DNA of 37,282 bases from Psammoneis japonica (taxonomy: Eukaryota). The position numbers were made by a program, and so were the translations under genes. Of this stretch, positions 11,001 to 21,869 are shown piece by piece. The stretch spans positions 106,183 through 143,464 of the forward strand of contig QPGO01000189.1 in the NCBI GenBank assembly GCA_008632985.1. The letters are read 5' to 3'. Positions within the stretch are counted from its first letter, which is position 1; each line of letters begins with the position of its first letter. The notes under the pieces are model-generated. The model was not told the DNA's origin. It ran no database searches and was given only the letters and a program-made list of their open reading frames with translations.

Positions 11001-13988
11001 CAACGCAAATCAGTCAACTTGACAGACCACTCCAGTTCTTGATGAAGGTGACACTCCTTTGCTGCAGCCAAGGAGAATTGCGGCAAGTCACGATCCAATC
11101 TTTTGGCCAGTTTGTGATCCGGTGTGTCAGCACCCACGTCTCAACTCTCCCGCATGGGACCGATGGATTGCAGGCAGTCTGCGACCTGTGCTTTTGAGGA
11201 TGCCTGCAAATCTCAAAAAGCTGCTTTGGGCAGATCAGCTGTGGGGTTGCTGAAAAGGGCAATGGTGTCAAGATTGACACAACAGGTGCAGTGATCCAAA
11301 GCAACACGGTGGCCAAAGGCTTCACATCTGCCCAAATGCACTGCAGCCAAGTCCCCTGGAGCAGTGAGAATGCAGTCCAACTGCCAAGATCCTCTTGCAC
11401 ATGTGGAAAAATCTGTGTCACCTGAGAGAGAGAACATCACATCAGAGAGATTGAGGTGTTGGGTGAGAGCAGAGAAGGAGTCCGTGTCCAGTGCAAAATC
11501 TGTGTTGATGTCTCCAAACAAGATCTCTTCACGTCCGGGTCCGCAAGGAAGTCTTGCAACAAACAAGACAAATCAGAGAAAAAGGCCTTCCTGGGATCAA
11601 GTGTCTGATGGCCTTGTTGTTGCAGCAGGTGGAGCTGTTGAGCACAAGCTGCAGTCTTCCCAGGCTGCAACTGATGTTTGGCACAAACCTGTGACAAGAG
11701 ACAAACATCACTTGATGTCCATTCCTGCCATCAAATGTCTGTGTGGACCAACGGCCTAAAGGATCGGAGTCTTGAGATTGACAATGAGCTGACACCAAGC
11801 TGCACAACAGCAGCGCAGCACCACCTGGTTTACGCTGGGTGGAGAATGGAGTTGAGCTGGAAGAGAAGGCACCTTGACCATGAAGAAGAGAGGTGGCAAC
11901 CGTCAAACGGCAGACCAAAAGAGCTGAATGCTGAGCAGCATCCAAGAAAACTTCAGATGCTCCTGCTGCATCTGCCTGAATTTCATTTGCAATCTGGCAG
12001 CAACTGGCAATGTCACCTCCACGTTTGTCAAACTTGCAACTGCTGGCATTGACTGCGTGCAAACAGGTGTGGTGCAGTGACTTGGGCAACAAGGGATCTC
12101 CAACAGGCTTGTTGGTTTTCAGTCAAGAGAAACCAATGTGTCGTTCAGTGGGAGGCTGGTGTTGGCACTCCAATCCGGCGTTTCCATTTGATTGTGAAGT
12201 TTTTGGGTGGAGCTCTGTGTGGGCAGACTGGACTTGAGAAGGTGGACAATTTGATTCATCTCTCTTGCATGCTCGTCATTTGGTGGGAGCACTGAGACTG
12301 CAAGGCAGCCACATCTTGGGCACGTTGTTTCGAAAATTTGGAGTCAAGCGCTTCCATGTCCTGGGAATGCTGCTGACGAAGCTCTTCCAAGGCCTTGTCA
12401 TTCTTCTCTTGCATTTTAGACAAAGTTTGTTGAACTTCAGCCATCTGAGTCAAGGTGAGGGAAGAACTGAATGCAGACTGGGCTTCCTGGGTGCAAGTGT
12501 GTTGGGGAGGAGCATGCAGGACAGTCCTGCACAACCAAATGTTGGAGGCAAGAATGACGGAAGCTGAGCAACACCATGAGGAGGAACTAGAGAGCCTTGA
12601 CCAGTGCAGCAACCAAGACTGCCTTGACCTTCATAACCTCTGCCAGGGTGAGATGACGGCCAAGGAGGACGGTGAGCACCTGAAGCCTGAGCATCAGTCA
12701 AAGGAGAGATGTCCAAAAAGGTCAGTGACTCAAGACTGTGGATGCCAGCCAACATGATGGATTTGCTCGTGTCCGACTGTTCGTCTGGGACACCAGAAAC
12801 CTGAGGACAGTCAGGGAAGGGTGACGGATGAGATTCGTCTGGGAGATCTGGAATTAAATTCATGATGCAGGTGGAGACAGCAGCCCTTACATTCCTAAAA
12901 TCCATGTGATTGACAAGGATGTTGCAACGTCCTTCGGTGGCATTGGCGGCAGGAAAAATTGCAGTCACACCTTTCAAAGCCTCAAGGTTGTTCTCCAAGA
13001 AAAACATCATGTCAGGGGAAGCATGCAACAGCGGGACAGCATGGGTGTTGTCATTGCGATGAGCTTGGATTTTAACGGCATTGTGGAAAACAAGGGGAGA
13101 CAAACAACAAGTCTTTGCCATGACGACATGAGACGGGAGCTTGTTGGATGTGCACAGCAAGGCTTTCCCAGCAGTGCAACAGTTGTCCTTGACAACTTCA
13201 ACAGCAAAGGTTGCTGTGTGAAGGGGAGCGGCGATGTTGTTGTTGTCAGCACAAATGGAAACAGGTGCCAAATGGAGCTTCAGCATCTCAGACTTGAATT
13301 CACCCAGATTGCTTGGAAACAATTTCGCAGCTTCATCAACCGGAGCATGCTCAGTTGCAGCTGCAATGCAACATGCAGGAGTGGCCATGTCAACAACAGA
13401 TTCATTCCAGTGGTTGCATTTCATGCCCATGTCATTCAGATCCAGGACACTCTGAATGTGCGGGTGAGAGCAAAGTTCAAGTAAAGAGATTTTTGTGAGA
13501 ATGTGGTGGCACAAGCGATGAGCAACCAGACGTTTCTCACCACTGCAAGCAGCAGAAATTGCAAAGTGTCATTCATGTTGCAAGGACGGTGCCCACTCTG
13601 CCACATTGACATTGGTGATTTGATCATTGTGGTTGTCAAGAATCTTCATGTCCTTGTGGCACGTGAACAAAACTTGTTGAAGAACTTGGAGATGGGCAGC
13701 AACAAGGGACACGGGCTTGCATGAAGCCTCAGGGCCACGAGTGTCAAAACAAAGAGTGATCTCTTCAAACTGTTGCTCTTTTGGCTTGGAAGAAGTCTTG
13801 GGAGAGGCATTGTCAACAGCAACATTGTCTGCCATGTTGGCATCATTGACAGGAGGAGAGGTGTGGCTGCCATCAGCGGCGGAAGAAGACGCCATGGTGG
13901 TTGGCTGTTCTACGGAGATCCTGGTGTTGAAAACACGCAGGTGACTTCAATGCCAATGTTCACAGAAATGCAGAGATCTGCAAAAAGA

Positions 13989-15388
13989 GGGAGTCAACTG
14001 CTTTGAGACCTGCTCTCCAGTGGTCCAATGGTTGACTGTCCATCTTGTGTTGAGCACTGTCATGCAAGAGGGATGGACCACCCGTCAGGTCAACTGCGCC
14101 AATGCTTTTCTTGTGCAGGCCAAGATGATGGAAGATGTTTGCATCAAACCACCCAAGTGTTTTGCTCCCAGTTTGGGATCCAATGTTGTTTTGAAGCTTC
14201 TTGAGAGTCTCTGCAGACTTGAGCAAGCCCCCAAGTGCTTCTTTGACAAGCTGCATGAAGGATTCTTAGAACAAGGGTGGGCACAATCACAAGTTGACCC
14301 TTGCCTGTTTTTCAAGGATGGAATGATTTGTGTGGTCTGTGTTGATGATGCCATTCTTGCCAGAAAGGATGGAGCCACCCCAGAAAGTGAGATCAAGGCT
14401 CCAGGCATCCAAGATGATGAACAATGCCATGCATTCAAGTTGCAAAACAAGGGAGAAGTTGGTGGTGACTTTCTCGGCATCAAGATTTGCAAGACGGGTC
14501 CCAAGGAATTTCTCCTTGCTCAGCCTGGACTTGTTGACAAAGTCCTCAAGGCAGCTGGTGTGGAAGACAGCCACTCTTCCCCTGCTTCAAGTGCTGCCTC
14601 TCCATGTCATGCGGACAAAGAGGGAGCCAAATTTGACAAGAACTGGGGCTGCCGTTCCATCATCGGCATGTTGATGCGTTTGTCCTCCAACTCCCGACCT
14701 GACATCTGCTGCACCATGCATCAGGCCACCTGCTTCTCCCATGCTCCCAAGCACATTTGCAAGGCACTGAGGACAAGGGACTCCACCCATGCCCCCTGGC
14801 AACAATGAACATGTCGATTGTTTCATTGACGCCAACTTGCTGGCCTCTGTGGACACGAAGACTCCCAAGACCCGGTTGGCATCAAGTCTCACACCGGGTG
14901 TGTCATCTTGCATGTGATTGTCCTGTTTCATGGGTTTCTAAGCTGCAGAGGCAAACTGCACTCTCTCCACTGTGGAGGCCAAGCACCTTGCTCTGTTGGT
15001 GGCAATGCATGACCTGATTCCAATTCGTGAAATTTTGAAGGAATTCAAGCGTCATGTTTTTGGACTCAAGGACTGCAAGACCCCCACCACTGCCAAGTCC
15101 AAGGCCTTTTCAGATGTGAAGGATGGCACGATCCCCTCTTTGGCAGTTTACAAGATGATCAGGCATGCCTCAAGTTTGCAAAAATGGCTGAGTTGTCTCC
15201 ACGCACCAAGCACATTGGCATTCCCTGTCATTGGTTCCGTGCCAAGGTCAAGGCTCTTGAGATCCAGATTGAGCCTGTGGGAACTGATTCCCAGCCAGCT
15301 GATCAACTTGCAAAGGGACTTGTTGCTGACAAGTTTGAATCTGGTTGGTTGAGTCTCTCAGGCTTGCAGCTCTGCGGTTGAGAGGGAG
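13989..15388 (+). mobile_element. Degenerate Copia B, 3' part (RT-RNase H, PPT)
   Basis: VVQW, EQAPK, DPCLF, CVDD (14338-14349), SRPDI, WVSKLQ, RTKHIGIPCHWFR, ADQLAKGL; PPT GAGAGGGAG at about 15380-15388. Confidence 0.92.
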
Positions 15389-15555
15389 AGTTGACATCTG
15401 TCATTCCACCTGTCAACTGCATGCAATCGCACGCTCCAATTTCAAATTCTGACACCAAAATCTCTGATCAATGTTGCAGTCATGATTTTCAGTCAATGGC
15501 TTTTGAAACACCAACAGCTGCCAGCACACAACCTGGAGCATCAGCTCTTTTGACA
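15389..15555 (+). repeat. Probable 3' LTR of Copia B (second copy about 24903-25070); end uncertain
   Basis: Directly follows the PPT; a candidate ...TTGACA end at 15555. No 5' LTR recognised. Confidence 0.4.
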
Positions 15556-15582
15556 TTCACAGTCATGCATTGGCGCAACAAG

Positions 15583-15805
15583 TCGGGGGACGTCTTTGGA
15601 AGTGAGATCATCAAAAAAGTCTGTGCACCAGTGCATTTGGGGTGCAAAAATTCCCAGACACTCGAAATTTGATGCCGATGATGATGGCAAAAGATGGCTC
15701 CCAGGGGCTTCTATTTTGCAGACTGCAATGCATTCAACACCTTTTGTTGACACCTTCATGACTGTTGCAAGCAATGATGAAAAAATCTTGCTGAGAATCG
15801 GGGTG
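15583..15805 (-). repeat. About 220-bp repeat, inverted and hypermutated copy of the sequence upstream of the CRN-like genes; other copies 18853-18978 (+), 25097-25323 (-), 27432-27686 (+)
   Basis: Reverse complement aligns to 27432-27686 and 18853-18978; most substitutions are TA->TG/CA or CG->TG/CA. Confidence 0.88.
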
Positions 15806-16141
15806 AAATGCAATGTTTCTCTCTTCTTGGCGATGAGCAGCTGCAAGCTTGGCGACTCTTTGCCATCACTCACCACCCTCTTGTTTGCTTTTCTCTTCTC
15901 TGGAGATGTCATCATTTGCTTGTCTTTGACTCCAGGTGGGTGCATGCTGACAAGGAACCACACTTTGCACTGCTCTGATTTGACCCACAGTGGAAAACAA
16001 GAAGCAAACATCCTTTTGCTCGAGTCCACACCCAAACATGCTCTCCTGCACACAAGAACAGTGGATCAACAGATCTCCTTTGTTGTCTCATCACTTGATT
16101 GAAACTTCATCTAGATTTCCCTCATGCCACTGATTTGACTT

Positions 16142-17880
16142 GTGGAGAGCCATGGAGCCCAAGAAGAATTCAAAGAGGAACTTGTGCAATGCAGAACAGC
16201 AGCGCAAGGCTCAATTCTCAGTTCTGCAAGGCATTGGTTGCCAGCCAAGGCAACTCAGAATGGTGCCATTCCTTGCAAGATTGACCACAATGAGAATGAG
16301 TCAGGCTTTGATGTTTCTTCTTGCTCTGTCAAGTGCACCGGGTGGGCCCCTGTTGAGACATGCTCTGATGAGGTTGCCAAAGATCAAGCAGGCTCTGATG
16401 TTCTGGAGATGAAGTGCTTTGCAGTGTTCCACTTTTGTGCCAGCAATTTCTGCAACAAGGGCTCCTCCAAAGGACACAATTCTGAATGCAGAGAGCACAT
16501 TTTAGAGTTGGGCAAACACCTTGGGGCAGTCACCAAGTTCAATGAAGAGTGCATGAATGGCATTTGTGGATGCTTTGCCAGCTGCATGCAGGCTGTTGAA
16601 GATCAAGAAGCCACAGCTGCAGATCAAGATGCTGAAGATGGGCGTGACTGTGGTGATGTGTGGGGTGATGATGGCAAGCGCAAGCTTGATGAAGATGCCC
16701 AAGATCATAAAGTGGAAGATGAAGCTGAGGCCGATGCCACAGAGGAGGAAGAACTGGCCTGTGATCACAATGATGAATGTCAAGATCACTCAATGAGCGC
16801 ATCAGGCATTGCCACAATCAAGCCATGGATGTGGGTGATTTCATGGAACATGTGGAAATGACTTTGGTGATGACGACTGTGGCCCAGTGCACCACATGGC
16901 ATCCCATTGTTGTGACGGTGGTTCTGAAGTCACCATTGGGGTCTCTTCTCTGATCAACATTGCTCCAACCATTGGAGACAAAGTGTCCCTTTCAGGAACT
17001 CGTCAGAGTGCAGTTCAATGCAACCAACTCTGTTTCTTGCAACAAAGATGAGTGTGTCTCCTGTCTTGATGATAAAGAAGGGGCACGTTTGTCATCTTTG
17101 GCTGCCTTCCGTTTGCTTTGTGTTTCACTCAAATGCTTTCTGCTTGAAGAATTGAAGCACGCCTTTGCCCCTTCTTTTGTTTTGTGCAAAGCAATTCTGG
17201 CATGGTTGGGATGAAAAACAAGATGAAAACAATACAACAACAACAACAACCAGAACAACGGCTGTGATGAATCTGAAGTTTTGGAGGTTTGCCACAAGCT
17301 CTGTGAACTGAGTGCAAAGCATCAACAGAACTTTGTCTTTGACACCAGCAAATGTCAACACGCTGGTTGTCAGGTGAGCAGCAATTGTCTGCAAACTGCG
17401 TTTTGCATCATTGTTCTTGACTTTTCACCTCAATGACTTGCATCTCTTGTTCTAATTTCACAGACTGCTGTCCAGAAGGCCAACCAAGAGCAAGTCTGCA
17501 ACTGCATGACAACCTTGAAGAAAGGAAATTGCAACAAAAGGGTGAGATTGTTGTCGGTTGGAATCACCCGCTTCACATTTCTGATTGGAACAACAAACAA
17601 GCTCACTTTGATGAGTTCTCCTGTGTCAAGGAGCAGGCATCAAAAGTGACTCCCAGCCACGTTGCTGCCCTTGACTTCTTTGGAATTGGCAGCTTGGCAT
17701 TGTGTGTATGGCATGTGTCATTTGGGCTCAGCTTGCCAACAAGAACATGCCTTGGAGACCTTGCTGAGGAAAGTGCACGCTGACCCGACAAACATCACAA
17801 GGCAGACCTCCGGCATTGTCCTTGGAAAGTCTGGCAGCAGCAATGATGGCATCTCCAGCAAAAAGCCCCACTCATCCAAT
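16142..17880 (+). pseudogene. Decayed silicanin-1-like (diatom type I membrane protein) gene, copy 1
   Basis: Reverting Cys/His to Tyr gives FDVSSYSVKYTG...ETYSDEV..KRFAVFRFC..NFC...SEYxEYILEL..YL, an acidic region with RKL, a C-terminal TM segment (VAALxFFGIGSLALCV) and a tail RQTSGIVLG. This resembles silicanin-family architecture; recognised from memory, not by search. About 17090-17430 looks foreign. Confidence 0.6.
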
Positions 17881-18107
17881 GATGATCTTTTGCACTTTGA
17901 ACCATCCAAGAACAATCGAAGATGTGAGAAGTGAAGTTCTCTGAAGTTTGCATGGTGTGTGCAACAGCGGTTCCCAGTTGCAACAAGCTTCATTTCATTT
18001 TTTGTGCGCCAGCAGCAAATCTAGAAATGCACTGTTGCCAAACTGCAAAATTGCAACAGAGGCACATTAATCATGACAACAGTGAAGCAAGCACCTTTCT
18101 TCTCATG

Positions 18108-18790
18108 TCACTGCAATCCCAAGCAAGCTGAAATGACGACGTGGTCACAGGGTTCCACTTGATTGGGAAAGGGCCCTGTTGGCCACGTTGCGGTTCACAA
18201 TTTTTTTCACCTTTGTGACTCCCCAGGCTTTTGACAAGAAAATGTAATCAAGAGTTCCAACAAAGGGATCATCTTGCCTCATGTGCTTGGCAAAATCTGG
18301 TTCTCCACAAATGGACTCTGCACAAGCACTCTTGAGTGCACAGCAGGAGATCATTCCACGCCATGCTTGGGCTTGGGACAGCTTGGATCACTCTTGTCCA
18401 GCTTGCCAGTGACAAGCAGTTAGTGGGCATCAAGTCAGGCAAGAGGTTGAACCCTCCCACCAGAGTGCAATGCAAGCCGCAGGACAGATCTTGAACATGT
18501 CTTGCAGTTTGCATGAATGCGCAATGCCGCGGGTGCACAAAATGCACACACGGCAATGCAAAAGGCTTCATTGGTTCTCTTGTCCTGTGAGGTTGTGGTG
18601 TGGAGAATGTTGTGGTGATGCTGAGATATTTTCCAGTGATCAATCGGTGTTTCCCTTGATGTCCAACAACCCAAATCTTCAAGGGAATGTTGGTTGGCCC
18701 CAGAGACTGTGCAGTCCATTCCAAGCACGCGGCGCCAAGCCACGTTCTGGTTCTGCAGGCCACCCACTGACTCGCTTGTCACTTAGCCAA
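18108..18790 (-). pseudogene. Decayed CCR4/nocturnin-like endonuclease-exonuclease-phosphatase (EEP) gene, 3' part
   Basis: Motifs LVGGFN (for LxGDFN), LKSAC(Y)A..GEPDF, DPFVGTLDYIFLS, EPCDH (for PSDH); frameshifted; 5' part missing. Confidence 0.75.
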
Positions 18791-19023
18791 GAAACATTAA
18801 CGTCGATTGTTTCAAACACAGAGATTGGGGACAACGTCATAGCTGCACCCGCGGGAGCCGTCTTTTGCCATCATCGTCGGCATCAAATTTCGAGTGTCTC
18901 GGAATTATTGTACCTCAAACGCACTGGCGTACAGACTTTTTTCGACATTCTCACCGCACTTCCAAAGACGTCCCCCAAACCCAACGAAGCGCAGTGAAAT
19001 TCGAGATTTCTGCGGTCAACACC

Positions 19024-21671
19024 ATGACGATCGTTGTTTGGTACAAGCTCGACAGTGCATCGCCTTCCAAAGTGAAAGTGCAAGATGGCGCTGATGTGGA
19101 TGACTTGAAGGAAGCTGTCAAAGAGAAGTCAGCAAATGCGTTGAAGAACACTGATGCTTCAGAACTCCAGGTCTTCGCTGCGGGTGCAGATCCGAACAAA
19201 GACAAGCCTCTCAAGCCTTACAAGCCCGTTCCAAGTGATACGACGGGTCCAAACCCTCTTATTGTAAAAGCTCTGCTGGACCACCAACCTCCGTGGCAGC
19301 AGCAGGGAGAAGGTTAGTTTAATTGTTGCTTGTACTTGTACTCTAATGTTCAATCACACCTACGCTTTCAACTCCACATGAGTCTAACACTGTGACTCGT
19401 GCAGCGTCACTGCAGAGCCCCTTCAAGACACCAGCTGCCACACCCCGGAATGGACAGAATACACAGGAATCTCCAGGGGTCCACCTGGACCGAGCGGCTA
19501 ATGGTCCTGATAGAGATCTTCTGACCGCGGCGAGTCTATCGCAGCAGCAGCAGCAACAACAACAACAAAATTCACTCACGGTACTATTCGACAAATTCCC
19601 GGCGCTAAAAGTTTCTGAATCTGATGAATCAGCTACCCCTTTGCCGTTCGTGAACCGCGAGGCAGAATGCGAGCAACTTGCCACGGTCTTACTTGCGAAT
19701 TACAAGAAGCGGAAGAGAAACCGAACAACGACAACTGGTTCACAATCTCAATACCGACTCAGTCTAGCAACATCAGCGCAGATGTTTGGCGCCGGGAAAT
19801 CAACTTTCGGGGCAAATTTTCTGCNNNNNNNNNNNNNNNNNNNNNNNNNNNNNNNNNNNNNNNNNNNNNNNNNNNNNNNNNNNNNNNNNNNNNNNNNNNN
19901 NNNNNNNNNNNNNNNNNNNNNNNNNNNNNNNNNNNNNNNNNNNNNNNNNNNNNNNNNNNNNNNNNNNNNNNNNNNNNNNNNNNNNNNNNNNNNNNNNNNN
20001 NNNNNNNNNNNNNNNNNNNNNNNNNNNNNNNNNNNNNNNNNNNNNNNNNNNNNNNNNNNNNNNNNNNNNNNNNNNNNNNNNNNNNNNNNNNNNNNNNNNN
20101 NNNNNNNNNNNNNNNNNNNNNNNNNNNNNNNNNNNNNNNNNNNNNNNNNNNNNNNNNNNNNNNNNNNNNNNNNNNNNNNNNNNNNNNNNNNNNNNNNNNN
20201 NNNNNNNNNNNNNNNNNNNNNNNNNNNNNNNNNNNNNNNNNNNNNNNNNNNNNNNNNNNNNNNNNNNNNNNNNNNNNNNNNNNNNNNNNNNNNNNNNNNN
20301 NNNNNNNNNNNNNNNNNNNNNNNNNNNNNNNNNNNNNNNNNNNNNNNNNNNNNNNNNNNNNNNNNNNNNNNNNNNNNNNNNNNNNNNNNNNNNNNNNNNN
20401 NNNNNNNNNNNNNNNNNNNNNNNNNNNNNNNNNNNNNNNNNNNNNNNNNNNNNNNNNNNNNNNNNNNNNNNNNNNNNNNNNNNNNNNNNNNNNNNNNNNN
20501 NNNNNNNNNNNNNNNNNNNNNNNNNNNNNNNNNNNNNNNNNNNNNNNNNNNNNNNNNNNNNNNNNNNNNNNNNNNNNNNNNNNNNNNNNNNNNNNNNNNN
20601 NNNNNNNNNNNNNNNNNNNNNNNNNNNNNNNNNNNNNNNNNNNNNNNNNNNNNNNNNNNNNNNNNNNNNNNNNNNNNNNNNNNNNNNNNNNNNNNNNNNN
20701 GCACAACCATCGAAGGGCGGTTCTGGGGATTTGAAGGGGACGTCATGACGCTGGAAGTGTGTAGCGCGTTTCCCTTGTACCTACAACGCTGGGATGCCGA
20801 TTGCCATTTTCTGGTCATACCCCCGGTCATCTTGGACAATGTTGCAGAGAAAAGTCCAGATCCGCGGCTTCCATTTTGGAGTTCGTTGTACAATGTATGC
20901 CCAATTCAGGCGAAAGCACAGAGATCAGGCGACTTGCTAGAGACAATGGTACAGCACATTCTTCGCTTGCGTGTGAGCGAGGAGCTCCATTTGGACCCTC
21001 GACCTCTCGGCCAGTCCCTGCCCTTCTTGGAAGGATCTATCATCGGTAAGGACACATTCCAATACGTCGACTTCAAATCATTTCCCAAAATTACGACCGT
21101 TCCAAGACCTGGAAAAACTGTCGCTGACTTGCGTAAGTTCTTCGACAACCCGTCTGCTGCTGGATTCAATGACGTCCACCCGGATGACCTTGCGAAAATA
21201 GTCGGCTTGTTTGAGAATGGAATCTTCTACGTTCCACGACCAATGTCTTCTTCTGGAGACCTGCTTTTCAGAACCGACCGTACGGATGCCATTGTCGAGA
21301 TGCAGTTCAAGAACGGCAAGCAGGAGGTGAATTCGACCATGATGGCTAAAGAGCTGCAGAAGTCGTGTTGTCACGTCAGTGAGAAGCAAGTAGTGTTTGT
21401 GATGGTCGCGCTGACAACGGACAAGACAAAACTACCAACGGGCACAGATGTTATCGACTTAAATGGGAATACAATTGCTTCGCGTTACGGCCATGGGGTG
21501 TCTTTCGGTGAAACTGTTGTCCCGTCAAATTTGGAAGTGATTGTTGTGCTTGAACCTGGTCTGGTATCATTCTTGACCGAAGCCAATGTTCAGATCCTTC
21601 GGAAAGACGGATTGGATTTAAACGACATGGCTGAGGCGACGCGGTCACCTTCAAAACGTCCTCTTGACTAG
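19024..21671 (+). CDS. Crinkler/CR-effector-like protein copy 1: ubiquitin-like header, polyQ linker, P-loop NTPase, PD-(D/E)xK-like nuclease; exons 19024-19312 and 19405-21671 (gap inside)
   Basis: Header VWYKL..DVDDLKEAVKEK..L.NTDASELQVF; GT-AG intron 19313-19404 with CTAAC branch point that keeps frame; PFVNREAE and Walker A-like AQMFGAGKST; C-terminal FYVP..SSSGDLLF..VEMQFK. About 290 codons hidden by Ns. Confidence 0.75.
19825..20700. other. Assembly gap
   Basis: Run of N. Confidence 1.
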
Positions 21672-21869
21672 TCAAAGCAAAAGGCAGATCTCTGTGCTGG
21701 AAAACAATGAAAATGCCGCGTATCTAGCTTCTCAGTGTGGACTTTTGTTTGTCGACTACTATGACACGTCGACTCAAGAGAGAATCCCTTGAATGGAGCC
21801 AATCAGAAGAACGCTCTGGTGGCTGTGTCCCGAAGCTTGAATGTTGAACAATAATTACGCAGACTTGAT

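Larger units (their letters stand above)
5402..13972 (-). mobile_element. Full-length degenerate non-LTR retrotransposon (ORF1 + APE-RT-RNase H), Ambal-like diatom LINE
   Basis: Flanked by the 16-bp TSD. ORF1 remnants about 13895-12250; APE motifs (LFGDIN, TCARGSWQLDCIL, LDH) about 11250-11550; RT motifs GTGQGGGNSP (about 9600-9630) and GCVDD (9475-9489); RNase H motifs SNGS, SSCRAEACG, CDN, WVKEHQD, LNFRAD (about 6575-7110). Clade assignment rests on domain order only. Confidence 0.9.

Noticed and set aside
1692..18790. Dozens of 60-350 aa ORFs as novel Cys/His-rich proteins
   Set aside because: They are TE or pseudogene frames and antisense frames opened by TA depletion.
1..18790. Alternative genetic code or RNA recoding to explain Tyr->Cys/His
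   Set aside because: NAA10 and ATG7 use TAY for conserved Tyr, and non-coding repeats show the same TA changes.
1..18790. Classical fungal RIP
   Set aside because: RIP converts CpA to TpA and enriches TA; here TA is depleted, CA/TG enriched, and close duplicates are spared.
19541..19568. CAG/CAA repeat (Q9 versus Q8 in copy 2)
   Set aside because: Ordinary polyQ slippage in a linker.
19667..20893. Long ORFs spanning the N runs (also 28481-29588)
   Set aside because: Artefacts of translating Ns; only the CRN frame is supported on both sides.
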